A stretch of DNA of 32,000 nucleotides from positions 3,720,001 through 3,752,000 of the forward strand of contig CP126532.1 of the NCBI GenBank assembly GCA_030167145.1, written 5' to 3'. A program made the position numbers and the translations under genes. Source of the stretch: Ktedonobacterales bacterium (lineage in GTDB: Bacteria > Chloroflexota > Ktedonobacteria > Ktedonobacterales > JADMIN01). Positions 1-10,678 of this stretch are shown piece after piece (positions within the stretch are counted from its first letter, which is position 1; the number at the start of each line of letters is the position of its first letter). Below the pieces are notes generated by a model. It searched no databases. It worked only from the letters and a program-made list of their open reading frames with translations, and was not told where the DNA came from.

Positions 1-1
1 C

Positions 2-583
2 GTGGAGCTTGGCGGTGGCCCCGGCTGGGCGCCCTCTGCCCGCCGCTATGCGCTCGCGCCCGCGCTCGCCACGCTCGCCCCGGTGATTGTCGCGCTGCTC
101 GTCGCCATCTGGTTCGCGGCAACCAACTCCGGCTGGCAGAACACCACCTTTTTCAGCCTATCTCTGGGTTCGTTCTCCATCGCCGCAACGTTGCGCGGGT
201 TGGCGTTGTTATTGGGTATACTCCTGCCCTACCTGCTGCTGATCGAGCTACCCTACCGCATTGGCATTCGCCGCTGGCGGCGCGCCTGGCTGCGCGACCT
301 GACCGACCGTCGCGCCGATGTCGAATCGCACGTGCGCCGCCTCTCCGCCGCCGACCCCGACAGCGGCGCGCAAGACACCAGCGACGAGAACCTGCGCGCT
401 ATGCAGTACGACATGGTGCTGCTCCAGTTCTATCAGAGCAAGACTCACGACATTCAGCGCACCCCCAGGGGACCTTACTCGCCCCGGCGCACGGTTGTCG
501 CGCTGATCCTTGTCGTCGCCCTCGCGCTGCTGCTCGATCAAGGGCTGCCGCTGTTGGCGCAGGCGCTCGCCACAACGCGCTAA
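2..583 (+). CDS. hypothetical integral membrane protein (may be truncated at the window edge)
   Basis: ORF with about 3 hydrophobic helices (e.g. LAPVIVALLVAIWFAA, LALLLGILLPYLLLI, VVALILVVALALLL) and GC3-biased codons. No recognisable catalytic motif. The first in-frame GTG lies at base 2, so the true start may be upstream. Confidence 0.45.
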   Translation: MELGGGPGWAPSARRYALAPALATLAPVIVALLVAIWFAATNSGWQNTTFFSLSLGSFSIAATLRGLALLLGILLPYLLLIELPYRIGIRRWRRAWLRDLTDRRADVESHVRRLSAADPDSGAQDTSDENLRAMQYDMVLLQFYQSKTHDIQRTPRGPYSPRRTVVALILVVALALLLDQGLPLLAQALATTR

Positions 584-681
584 CCCTCAGCAATTCTGCT
601 TGCATCTTTCGCCCCGCCCCCATTTTCTGCTATGCTGGCGGTGTCGTTCGTTGTCGCGTTCGCAGTCTCGCGGAGCCAGCC

Positions 682-1410
682 ATGACAACGCCATCCACCG
701 GTAGCACCCCAGCGGATGCTACCGCGATTCGCATCCTCATCTGCGAAGACCAAACCCTCATGCGTGAGGGGTTGCGCACCGTGCTGGACCTCGAACCCGG
801 CTTCGTCATCGTCGGCGAAGCCGCCGACGGCGCGGAGGGCGTGCGGCTCGCCGAGCAGTTGCGCCCCGACATCATCCTGATGGACATCCAGATGCCCCGG
901 CAGAACGGCGTCCAGGCCACCGCCGCCATCACCGCGCGCGGCCTACCGTCCCGCGTCATCATCCTCACCACCTTTGACTACGAAGATTACGTTTTCGACG
1001 CCATCAAGGCCGGAGCCGTCAGCTATCTGCTCAAAGACACCCCCGCCGCTGAACTTGCCGCCACCATTCGCCGTGTCTATGCCGGCGAATCCTTCATTCA
1101 GCCCAGCGTTGCCACCAAACTGCTGATGGAGTTCGGTCGCCGAGGACCCGTCGCCAGCGAATCGGACCCCCGAACTGGCGACCGCGACACGGCTGGCGCA
1201 TCCAACCAGCCCGACACCGAAGGCCTCAGCCAGCGCGAGGTAGACGTGCTGCGTTTGCTCGCCCAGGGCGCCAGCAACCGCGATATCGCCGATCAACTCG
1301 TGCTCGCCGAGGGTACCGTCAAGAATCATGTCTCCAACATTCTGATGAAGCTGCATGCCGCCAATCGCACCCAGGCCGCTAATCTCGCCCGTGAGCGCGG
1401 CCTCATTTAG
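682..1410 (+). CDS. two-component response regulator, NarL/FixJ (LuxR-type HTH) family
   Basis: The receiver domain has the acidic pocket (ICEDQ), phospho-acceptor Asp (DIILMDIQMP), ILTTF and the conserved Lys (YLLKD). The C-terminal LuxR HTH reads LSQREVDVLRLLAQGASNRDIADQLVLAEGTVKNHVSNILMKL. No cognate histidine kinase gene is visible in the window. Confidence 0.9.
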   Translation: MTTPSTGSTPADATAIRILICEDQTLMREGLRTVLDLEPGFVIVGEAADGAEGVRLAEQLRPDIILMDIQMPRQNGVQATAAITARGLPSRVIILTTFDYEDYVFDAIKAGAVSYLLKDTPAAELAATIRRVYAGESFIQPSVATKLLMEFGRRGPVASESDPRTGDRDTAGASNQPDTEGLSQREVDVLRLLAQGASNRDIADQLVLAEGTVKNHVSNILMKLHAANRTQAANLARERGLI

Positions 1411-1543
1411 TTCATGCACACCATCCCGTGCGCACGTGGTGCGCAGGTGAGCAGAAGGGGTGGAAGGCTCCAGATATAGCCGTCCGTTTGGCACAAAAGA
1501 TGCGCACGGGTGATACAGGCAGAAATGGGAGGTGTGACGGGAA

Positions 1544-2824
1544 GTGAAAAGCCGGTTCCCTTCGAGCGCGCTGGGCCGCCTCGCGCTGCTCAGTCTCTTC
1601 GCCACCGTGCCACGCGTTGCCTACGCCGTTGAAGTCTCCGGCTTGGAGCACGCCGCCCGCACGCCGCGCACCTATATCGCCATCCAGCACAAGCGTGACT
1701 TCGACCCCGTCGCGCCGCTGCCCGCCGTGCTCCGCCGCTGGGGTTGGCGTGGCATGGCGGGCGAGGTCCACTTTGCCATGCGCTCCGACGCCTTCGCGGC
1801 GGGCTTCCTCTCGCGCATCGTTCTGCACCCGCGCTGGTTTTCCCTTGCCTTGCGCCCACTCTCCGTCGGACCATTGCTACGCCGCCTCGGTGTCCACCCC
1901 CTCGCCGACCTGCATCAGCGTCCCGCCGAAGCCTGGCTGCGCGATGCCCAGCGTGTCGAAGGCAACGTGCCCGCCGGCGACATCCTCACCTCCGCCTTCC
2001 TCGCCGATCTTGCCAGCGCCAGCCATACCTCACCCGACCAGCTTGCCAAGCTCTCGCTCTCGCGACTCCTTACCCGCCGCTATCATCTCGCGCTTCAGCG
2101 GTTCACCAGCGCAGACATCTTCTTGGGCGAGGCGCATCGCCGTGCGGTACGCCGCTCTGTCGCCGAAGCGAAGCGCCTGCTCGAAGACCTCAGCGCATGG
2201 CTCTGGGCCGGTGGCTCGCTCTTCAGCGCGCCCGAAGGCCAGCTCTCTCCCACTGGCGCGCTCAGTCCCATCAACAACGCTCTGCACCGCATTCTGCGCA
2301 CCGCGCCCCCAGAAATGCGCATCCTGCCCATCGCTCTCGTCTACGACTTCATGACCACCCGCCGCCCGTGCATCTTCGTAGACCTCGCCCCCGCCATTGA
2401 GCGCGCGCCCGCCCTGCCGCACCACGATCTCGATGCGCAGCTACGCCACGCCTGGCGAAGCGCCGCCCACTTCACCTGCACCCAAATCGCCAGCGGCTTC
2501 CTCGTCGAAGCCGCCCAGACGCGCCAGCCCGCCACCTTCACCACTGGCGAGCTAGCTGCGGCGACATTCGCCCACGCACGGCAACTCGCGGCGGAGGGCC
2601 GTCACGTAGACCCGCGCCTGCTGGATACCGCGTCAGTGTACCAGCGGGTTAGCGCCTATCTGACCTATGCGCGTCGCCACCACCTCGTGCGGCGGCTCAA
2701 GCGCGGCGTCTGGCAGGTCACCGGCGCGACGATCATGCCGCCCGTGCCCCCAGGTGAAGTAGGCTATCGCTTTGCCCCGCTCGCCTATGCGTATAATGAA
2801 CTGCGCGACCTGCTCGACGTGTAG
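1544..2824 (+). CDS. PlsC/LPLAT-superfamily acyltransferase with a long C-terminal extension
   Basis: Carries the HX4D motif (IQHKRDFDP), a block-III-like motif (FSAPEGQLSPTG, compare FPEGTRS) and a block-IV-like motif (ILPIALVYD). GTG start with GGGAGG upstream. About 200 extra C-terminal residues have unknown function. Confidence 0.6.
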   Translation: MKSRFPSSALGRLALLSLFATVPRVAYAVEVSGLEHAARTPRTYIAIQHKRDFDPVAPLPAVLRRWGWRGMAGEVHFAMRSDAFAAGFLSRIVLHPRWFSLALRPLSVGPLLRRLGVHPLADLHQRPAEAWLRDAQRVEGNVPAGDILTSAFLADLASASHTSPDQLAKLSLSRLLTRRYHLALQRFTSADIFLGEAHRRAVRRSVAEAKRLLEDLSAWLWAGGSLFSAPEGQLSPTGALSPINNALHRILRTAPPEMRILPIALVYDFMTTRRPCIFVDLAPAIERAPALPHHDLDAQLRHAWRSAAHFTCTQIASGFLVEAAQTRQPATFTTGELAAATFAHARQLAAEGRHVDPRLLDTASVYQRVSAYLTYARRHHLVRRLKRGVWQVTGATIMPPVPPGEVGYRFAPLAYAYNELRDLLDV

Positions 2825-2947
2825 CGACCCGAATCCATGGGGGTCAACCGTCGGCTATCTGTGCGCCAGCCATTGATGGCCGCGACAGCCGAAAAATTCA
2901 CGCTTTCCAGCCTTCGCATTTAGGTTTCTTAATGGTACTATAAGTCA

Positions 2948-2977
2948 TTGCCTTGGCCAGAATGGCTATGGTATACT
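2948..2977 (+). promoter_or_regulatory. candidate sigma-70 promoter of the atp operon
   Basis: TTGCCT (2948-2953), an 18-nt spacer, then TATACT (2972-2977). It sits in a locally AT-richer stretch about 30 nt upstream of the atpZ-like start. Confidence 0.45.
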
Positions 2978-3008
2978 CCTGTTGGTGCGCGTAGTAGAAG
3001 GCGCATTG

Positions 3009-3239
3009 ATGAAGACCGACAACGATCACAACGACTCTGACGCAAGTCTCTGGGCAGCGTTCGCGGTGCCGGGTCAGGTGCTGGCCTACATTCTGGGTGG
3101 CGCGGGCCTCGGCCTCCTGGTCGGTCACTTCATTGATGACGCTTTGCACTCCTCACCCATAGCAACTTTTATCGGGCTGCTGCTTGGCCTGGCTATCGGC
3201 ATCTATGGTGTGTATCGCCTCGTCACCTCGCTCAAATGA
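3009..3239 (+). CDS. AtpZ/AtpI-like small membrane protein (ATP synthase gene 1 family)
   Basis: Small two-TM protein directly upstream of atpB, with family-typical GLGLLVGHFIDDALHSSPIATFIGLLLGLAIGIYGVYRL. The ORF opens at 2982, but the ATG at 3009 (MKTDNDH...) is the more likely start. Confidence 0.6.
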   Translation: MKTDNDHNDSDASLWAAFAVPGQVLAYILGGAGLGLLVGHFIDDALHSSPIATFIGLLLGLAIGIYGVYRLVTSLK

Positions 3240-3311
3240 GCGTAACAGCGGGCGCGAACCATTGCGGAGCAGGCGCGCGAAAGGCAGCCCGGAAGCGAAG
3301 GGAGTGCCTTT

Positions 3312-4205
3312 GTGTTCGGGAAACTGCCTCACATAGCGGTGCCGTCCGATGTGCTCTTCACCATCGGTGGCTACCCCGTCTATAATACCTTCCTCATCAC
3401 GATTCTTAGCGCGCTGGTCATCATCGGCATGTTCTACATCGCGCTCCGCAAGAGCCGCATCATCCCCCACCGCGCGCAGAATCTCGTCGAGTGGATCTTC
3501 ACCTCGATCCTCAACCTCTGCTATGAGGTCGCTGGCAAGAAGAACGGCCGCCGCTTCTTCCCTTGGGTGCTCACCATCTTCCTCCTGGTGCTGATTAGCA
3601 ACTGGTGGGAAGTCATCCCCGGCATCGAGACCATCGGCACTAAGTCCGCCGAAGTGCCGGGATGCCCGGAGCAACTCAGCGGCATCCTGCTCTGGGGCAA
3701 CAGCGCGAACTGCATCGTGCCGTGGCTGCGCCCGCCCTCGACCGACCTCAACTTCACCATCGCCCTCGCCGTGATCTCCGTCGTCGCTACCCAGATCTAC
3801 GGATTCAAGGTGCTCGGTGCGGGTAAGCAACTTGGCCGCTACTTCACGTTGAAGGATGGCCCGATGGGCCTGGTCGTCGGCCTGCTGGAGCTGGCGCTCG
3901 AACCCTTGCGCATCCTCTCGCTCAGCTTCCGTCTCTTTGGCAACCTCTTCGCGGGCGATGTGCTGCTGCTGGTGATCGGCTTCCTGTTGCCGGTGGTCGG
4001 CGTCATCCCGTTCTACTTCCTTGAACTCTTCGTCGGCTTCATCCAAGCCTTCGTCTTCGCCTTCCTCACGCTCATCTTCATGACCCTCGGCACCACGGCC
4101 CACGGCCACGAAGACCACGAGGAAGAGCACATGGCGGAGGTGGCCCATGAAGACCATGCGCGCGTCGAGCACGCGCTCAAGCGCGAGGAGGTTCCCGTCG
4201 CGTAG
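3312..4205 (+). CDS. atpB: F0F1 ATP synthase subunit a
   Basis: Polytopic membrane protein with the essential Arg motif LSFRLFGNLFAGD. GTG start preceded by GGGAG. It occupies the first position of the atp gene order. It has an unusual His/Glu-rich C-terminal tail. Confidence 0.9.
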   Translation: MFGKLPHIAVPSDVLFTIGGYPVYNTFLITILSALVIIGMFYIALRKSRIIPHRAQNLVEWIFTSILNLCYEVAGKKNGRRFFPWVLTIFLLVLISNWWEVIPGIETIGTKSAEVPGCPEQLSGILLWGNSANCIVPWLRPPSTDLNFTIALAVISVVATQIYGFKVLGAGKQLGRYFTLKDGPMGLVVGLLELALEPLRILSLSFRLFGNLFAGDVLLLVIGFLLPVVGVIPFYFLELFVGFIQAFVFAFLTLIFMTLGTTAHGHEDHEEEHMAEVAHEDHARVEHALKREEVPVA

Positions 4206-4370
4206 CATCCACGGGCGGCGCTGCCGCCAGAGCTTCGCTCACGCGCCTGGCATTTGTACACATCTGTTCGTTACTGTGTTGTTCACGTTGAGTTTCGTTG
4301 GCTCTGGCAGTTCAGAGCCGTTCCAGGGTATCCCTGGATGCGCGTATGTAGCCCCCACTGAGGCGGGTAA

Positions 4371-4643
<273 letters not shown>

Positions 4644-4703
4644 CGCTCTCCTTCGCGTATTCATCGCCGGGGAGCAGTCCCCAATTGGAAGAAGGAGGAG
4701 CGC

Positions 4704-5195
4704 GTGGGTCTTGGTATTAACGCGCCGCTTTTCATCTCACAACTCATCACGTTTATCATCCTGATCGTGATCCTCTGGAGATGGGCGTTTCCCGCCCTCT
4801 TCAAGTTGCTCGATCAGCGTGAAGCGACGATCCGTTCTGGCGTAGAGAACGCCGAGCGTGCCCGCCGCGAAATCGCCGAGGCTGAGAAGCGTGTCGAGCA
4901 GATGCTCGAAAAAGCCCGCCTTGAGGCGCAGGCCTCATCGGCCAAGGCGGCCCAAGCCGCCGAGTACATGCGCGCCCAGGTCGAGCAGCAAGCGCGTGAG
5001 CGCTCGCAGCAGATCTTCGAGCAGGCCCAGCGGCAGATCTCCCAGGAGTTTGAGAAGGCCCGCGCCCAGCTCCGTCAGGAGGTCGCGGACCTCGCCGTGC
5101 AGGCCGCCGAGCATGTCGTCGGCAGTTCGCTGGATCAGACGACGAGCCGGCGTCTGGCCAATGAGTTCGTGGCGCAATCGAGGGAACTCAAGTGA
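4704..5195 (+). CDS. atpF: F0F1 ATP synthase subunit b
   Basis: Single N-terminal TM helix followed by a long charged coiled-coil rich in A/E/Q/R. GTG start with AAGGAGG upstream. Position in the operon fits. Confidence 0.85.
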   Translation: MGLGINAPLFISQLITFIILIVILWRWAFPALFKLLDQREATIRSGVENAERARREIAEAEKRVEQMLEKARLEAQASSAKAAQAAEYMRAQVEQQARERSQQIFEQAQRQISQEFEKARAQLRQEVADLAVQAAEHVVGSSLDQTTSRRLANEFVAQSRELK

Positions 5196-6001
5196 GCGGC
5201 AAAACGGCGACCGCACGCCACTACGCCGAAGCGGTCTTCGAGATTGGCGTCGAGGCGGAGAAGCTGGACCAGTGGCGCGATGATCTGCATCGCATCGCCG
5301 AATACTACGGCAACCACCGGCTGCTCTTCGTCTTGCGCGAGCCGAAGATTGCCTTTCAGCGCAAAGAAGCCATCGTGCGCGACCTGCTCGGCTCGCAGGT
5401 CCAGCCCGAGGCGCTCAATCTGGCGCTGCTGCTGGTGGAGCGCGATATCGCCGATATTGCGCCCGCCCTCAGCAAGCAGTTCGATGCACGCTACAATGAC
5501 TATAAGGGCGTCGCGGTGGCCCAGGTCACCACGGCGATTCCCCTGGATGATACCCTGCGCGCGCAGATTGCCAGCCAGCTCGCGCAGATCACCGGCAAGC
5601 GCATCCAGCTTGAGGAGCGTGTGGACCCGGCGATCCTGGGCGGCGCTATCGCCCGCGTCGGCGATACGCTGATAGATGGCAGCCTCAAGCGGCGTTTCAA
5701 TCTGCTGCGAACGCAGATTGCCAGCGGCGCGCTCGGCGGTCCGGATGATGGCACTCTGGCGGCGATCCTTGGCCCAGACGGCGGCGGCTCCGGCGGATTT
5801 GACCTTGGCCCGCTGCCCGGCGGCCCGGATGCCTCCGCGCCCGACGCCAGCGCCGGTGGCCCCAGCAGCGCGACCGATATGGCGCCGCGCAGCAACACTT
5901 CGGCGCATATGGCCCCGAAGACGCAATCTTCAGCTTCGCAGACCGGCGGTGGCAATGGCCGCCGCAACGACCGCCAGAACAACAAGCGGCGGCGCCGCTA
6001 G
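5192..6001 (+). CDS. atpH: F0F1 ATP synthase subunit delta (OSCP) with a ~91-aa low-complexity C-terminal extension
   Basis: The GTG start overlaps the atpF stop (GTGA). The OSCP-like core runs from ARHYAEAVFEIG to VDPAILGGAIARVGDTLIDGSLKRRFNLLRTQI. A G/P/S/A-rich tail follows and ends in RRNDRQNNKRRRR. Confidence 0.85.
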   Translation: MSGKTATARHYAEAVFEIGVEAEKLDQWRDDLHRIAEYYGNHRLLFVLREPKIAFQRKEAIVRDLLGSQVQPEALNLALLLVERDIADIAPALSKQFDARYNDYKGVAVAQVTTAIPLDDTLRAQIASQLAQITGKRIQLEERVDPAILGGAIARVGDTLIDGSLKRRFNLLRTQIASGALGGPDDGTLAAILGPDGGGSGGFDLGPLPGGPDASAPDASAGGPSSATDMAPRSNTSAHMAPKTQSSASQTGGGNGRRNDRQNNKRRRR

Positions 6002-6052
6002 CGTCCCGCCTGCTGGCGGACGCTCAGGGGATGCGGATACAAGGAGAATCAC

Positions 6053-7585
6053 ATGGCTATCGCGGACGAGATTACACGAGTCATACGCGATCGAATAGCG
6101 AATTTTGACAGCACAGCCACCGATACCGCGATGGTGAGCGTGGGCACGGTGATCGAAGTCGCCGACGGCATCGCCCGCGTCTATGGACTCTCCGGTGTCG
6201 GCTACCTTGAGCTGGTCGAGTTTCCACGCACCGGCATGATGGGTGTGGCCTTCAACCTCGAAGAGGATTCGGTGGCCGTGCCTGTCCTCGGCGACTACAC
6301 CCAACTGCGCGAAGACGACGAGGTGCGTACCACCGGACGCATCATCCAGGTGCCTGTCGGCGACGCCCTGCTGGGCCGCGTGGTCAACGCCCTCGGCGAG
6401 CCGATTGACGGCGGCGGCCCCATAGCCACCGATAAGTTCCGTCCGGTCGAGCGCGTCGCCCCCGGCGTCATCACCCGACATCCGGTAGATACCCCGGTGC
6501 AGACCGGCCTCAAAATCGTGGACGCCCTGATTCCTGTTGGCCGCGGCCAGCGCGAACTCATCATCGGCGACCGCCAGACCGGCAAGACGGCGATGGCCCT
6601 GGACACGATCATCAACCAGAAGGGCAAAGACCTCATCTGCATCTACGTGTCCATCGGTCAGAAGAACTTCCAGGTCGCCCGTATCAAAGAGATCCTCAAG
6701 GAATACGGCGCGCTCGAACACACGATCATCGTCCACGCCAGCGCCGAAGATCCGGCCCCGCTGAAGTATCTCGCGCCGTATGCGGGCTGCGCCATGGGCG
6801 AAGAGATCATGGAGAGTGGCCGCGACGCCCTCGTCATCTATGACGACCTCTCCAAACATGCCGACGCCTATCGCAACATGTCGCTCATCATCCGTCGCCC
6901 TCCGGGCCGCGAAGCCTATCCGGGCGACGTGTTCTACCTGCATAGCCGCCTGCTGGAGCGCGCCGCGCGCCTCAACAAAGACTACGGCGGCGGTTCGCTG
7001 ACGGCGCTGCCGATCATCGAGACCAAAGCCAACGACGTGTCGGCCTATATCCCGACCAACGTCATCTCCATCACCGACGGCCAGATCTTCCTCGAAACCG
7101 ACCTCTTCAACGCGGGCATTCGCCCCGCCATGAACGTCGGCATCTCGGTGAGCCGCGTCGGTGGCGCCGCGCAGACCCAGGGCATGAAGCAGGTCGCAGG
7201 CACCCTCAAGCTCGACCTCGCCCAGTTCCGCGACCTCGCCGCCTTTGCCCAGTTCGGCTCCGACCTGGATAAAGCCACCAAGGCCAAGATTGACCGTGGC
7301 CTCCGCCAGCAGGAAATCCTGAAGCAGAAGCAGTACGAGCCGATGTCCGTAGAGCATCAGATCATGATTATCTACGCCGCCTCGAAGGGCTATCTGGACA
7401 CGGTGCCGGTGGAGAAGGTCGCCGAGTGGGAGACGCAGTTCCATCGCTACATGGATGCCAACTATCCTGATCTGGTTAAGGGCATCTATGACACCACCGT
7501 CGTCAACAAGAAGAAAGTCGCTCCTGAGATGTTTGCCGAGCTTGACGCGGCCATCAAGGACTACCAGAAGACCGCGCCGCGCTAG
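6053..7585 (+). CDS. atpA: F0F1 ATP synthase subunit alpha
   Basis: Walker [10 protein letters not shown] plus highly conserved alpha-subunit blocks ([40 protein letters not shown]). AAGGAG RBS. Confidence 0.97.
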   Translation: MAIADEITRVIRDRIANFDSTATDTAMVSVGTVIEVADGIARVYGLSGVGYLELVEFPRTGMMGVAFNLEEDSVAVPVLGDYTQLREDDEVRTTGRIIQVPVGDALLGRVVNALGEPIDGGGPIATDKFRPVERVAPGVITRHPVDTPVQTGLKIVDALIPVGRGQRELIIGDRQTGKTAMALDTIINQKGKDLICIYVSIGQKNFQVARIKEILKEYGALEHTIIVHASAEDPAPLKYLAPYAGCAMGEEIMESGRDALVIYDDLSKHADAYRNMSLIIRRPPGREAYPGDVFYLHSRLLERAARLNKDYGGGSLTALPIIETKANDVSAYIPTNVISITDGQIFLETDLFNAGIRPAMNVGISVSRVGGAAQTQGMKQVAGTLKLDLAQFRDLAAFAQFGSDLDKATKAKIDRGLRQQEILKQKQYEPMSVEHQIMIIYAASKGYLDTVPVEKVAEWETQFHRYMDANYPDLVKGIYDTTVVNKKKVAPEMFAELDAAIKDYQKTAPR

Positions 7586-7649
7586 GGTTTGGCGGCGACG
7601 ATCCGCGCCTGTTGCCAGCCCGCATCGTCGGGTTGCGCGACCGCTCCTT

Positions 7650-7688
7650 CTCCCCTTCCCTCAAAGGGAAGGGGCCGGGGGTTAGGTC
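7650..7688 (-). repeat. REP-like 39-nt palindromic element (copy 1, inverted relative to copies at 17375 and 18862)
   Basis: CTCCCCTTCCCTcaaAGGGAAGGGGCCGGGGGTTAGGTC. It has a perfect 10-bp stem with a 3-nt loop (7652-7674). Its reverse complement matches 17375-17413 at 37/39 positions, and both differences are in the loop. Confidence 0.75.
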
Positions 7689-7733
7689 ATTCAGGCGCGA
7701 TTTCAACCGCCAACCCTCCACGAGGAGGACACT

Positions 7734-8612
7734 ATGGCATCAACTCGTGAGATTCGGCGACGTATCCAGGCGACCAAGAATATCGCGCAAATCACCCGCG
7801 CGATGCAGATGGTTGCCAGCAGCAAGATGCGCCGCGCGCAAGAGCGTGTGCTGGCCGCGCGCCCGTACTCCGAGCAACTCATGAAGCTGCTCTCGCGACT
7901 CTCGACCCAGGCGGAGGGGCAAGAAGACCTCCCGCTGATGAAGTCGCGCGCCGTGAAGCGCATCGGCATCGTCGCCGTCACGCCGGATCGCGGCCTTGCG
8001 GGCGCGCTCTCCAGCAATATCAACCGCCGCGTGGGCCAGCTTGCCGCTGAACTGCGCCGCGAACACAACGACCCCAACCTGCCGATCTCGTTCATCGCCG
8101 TCGGCCGCAAGGGGCGCGACTTCCTGGCGCGCTCAAAGCAAAACCTGATCGCCGAGTTCACCAAACTTGGCGATCAGCCCAAGCTCGCGGATGTCCGCGC
8201 CATCGCCCGCGCCATCACCGATGCGTACCTGAATGAAGAGGTGGATCAGGTCTATCTGGTCTACCCGAAATACGTCTCAACCGTCGTCCAGACGCCAACC
8301 GTCAGTCAGTTGCTGCCCGTGCAAGCGCCGGAAGCCGCTGACGAAACCGGACCAGCGCCGCAATATATCTTCGAGCCGGACGCGACGGCGATCTTTGCGG
8401 AGCTATTGCCCCGCTATATCGAAACGCTGATCTACCAGCCCCTGCTCGAAACTGTGGCGAGCTTCTACTCGGCGCAGATGGTGGCCATGCGCAATGCCAC
8501 CGACAGCGCGACCGAGTTGCAGGCCGACCTGACCCTCACCTACAACAAGGTCCGCCAGGCGGCGATCACCACGCAGATACTCGAAATCGTCGCGGGATCG
8601 GGCGCTCTCTAG
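7734..8612 (+). CDS. atpG: F0F1 ATP synthase subunit gamma
   Basis: The N-terminus (REIRRRIQATKNIAQITRAMQMVASSKMRRAQ) and C-terminus (YNKVRQAAITTQILEIVAG) are typical of gamma. GAGGAGG RBS. Confidence 0.95.
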   Translation: MASTREIRRRIQATKNIAQITRAMQMVASSKMRRAQERVLAARPYSEQLMKLLSRLSTQAEGQEDLPLMKSRAVKRIGIVAVTPDRGLAGALSSNINRRVGQLAAELRREHNDPNLPISFIAVGRKGRDFLARSKQNLIAEFTKLGDQPKLADVRAIARAITDAYLNEEVDQVYLVYPKYVSTVVQTPTVSQLLPVQAPEAADETGPAPQYIFEPDATAIFAELLPRYIETLIYQPLLETVASFYSAQMVAMRNATDSATELQADLTLTYNKVRQAAITTQILEIVAGSGAL

Positions 8613-10079
<1,467 letters not shown>

Positions 10080-10091
10080 AGGAGGCCGAGC

Positions 10092-10556
10092 GTGTCGCAA
10101 CGCCCGTTGTTGCACGTCACCGTCGTGACGGCGCAGCAGACTGTATTCGATGGCTCCGCCGAAATGGTGATCGCTCCTGGCGGGGACGGCCAGCTTGGTA
10201 TCTTGCCGCGTCACGCGCCGCTGCTGACCACGCTGGCTCAAGGTGAACTACGGGTGCGCCAGCACGGCGTGGACGAGAGCATCTTCGTTGCGGGCGGCTT
10301 CCTCGAAGTCAACAGCAACGTCGTCACCATCCTCGCCGACGACGCCGAGCGCGCCACCGAAGTGGACGAGGCCCGCGCCCAAGAGGCGCGCGACCGCGCA
10401 CGGGCGCTGCTGGCGCGCGGCGGCCTCTCCACCGAGGTCGAGGCTGAGACGACCGCCGAGCTGAACCGCGCCGTTGGTCGGCTGCGCATCGCCGAGCTGC
10501 AACGCCAGCGTCGCGGCACGCGCCCGCGTCCGCCCCAGCCCGAACAAGAGATCTAG
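10092..10556 (+). CDS. atpC: F0F1 ATP synthase subunit epsilon
   Basis: Beta-sandwich N-domain (GQLGILPRHAPLLTTL) and a C-terminal helical hairpin. GTG start with AAAGGAGG upstream. It is the last gene of the operon and carries a ~17-aa basic/Pro tail. Confidence 0.9.
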   Translation: MSQRPLLHVTVVTAQQTVFDGSAEMVIAPGGDGQLGILPRHAPLLTTLAQGELRVRQHGVDESIFVAGGFLEVNSNVVTILADDAERATEVDEARAQEARDRARALLARGGLSTEVEAETTAELNRAVGRLRIAELQRQRRGTRPRPPQPEQEI

Positions 10557-10611
10557 CGCCCACCCCGTAGCGCCAGCGTTCCGCTGGCCTCTGGACGGCA
10601 CACCTGCACCG

Positions 10612-10650
10612 AGTCCGGTTGTCAGCTCATGGCAGCCGGACTTTCCATTT
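10612..10650 (+). terminator. candidate intrinsic terminator of the atp operon (in a convergent gap with hisC)
   Basis: AGTCCGGTTG...CAGCCGGACT forms a 10-bp stem (one G-U pair) with an 11-nt loop, followed by TTTCCATTT. An overlapping alternative hairpin (CCGGACTT/AAGTCCGG) exists on the minus strand after hisC. Confidence 0.4.
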
Positions 10651-10678
10651 GTGCCCTTGGAGAGAAGTCCGGCATGCG

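Noticed and set aside
1425-1510. CGTGCGCACG palindrome, a bulged hairpin after the response-regulator gene, and a distal complementary TGCGCACGGG
   Set aside because: It could be a terminator or long-range pairing. There is no U-tract, and short GC palindromes are expected by chance in GC-rich DNA. It is not strong enough to call.
3153-4208. 351-aa minus-strand ORF antisense to atpB and the atpZ-like gene
   Set aside because: It is a shadow ORF of a GC-rich coding region. Its composition is E/D/R/H/G-rich and non-protein-like, and it fully overlaps well-supported atp genes.
5930-7444. 504-aa minus-strand ORF antisense to atpA
   Set aside because: It is a shadow ORF opposite an unambiguous alpha-subunit gene, with typical antisense R/G/D/V-rich composition. 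The same applies to 9330-10241 (-), 5135-5926 (-) and 8403-8987 (-).
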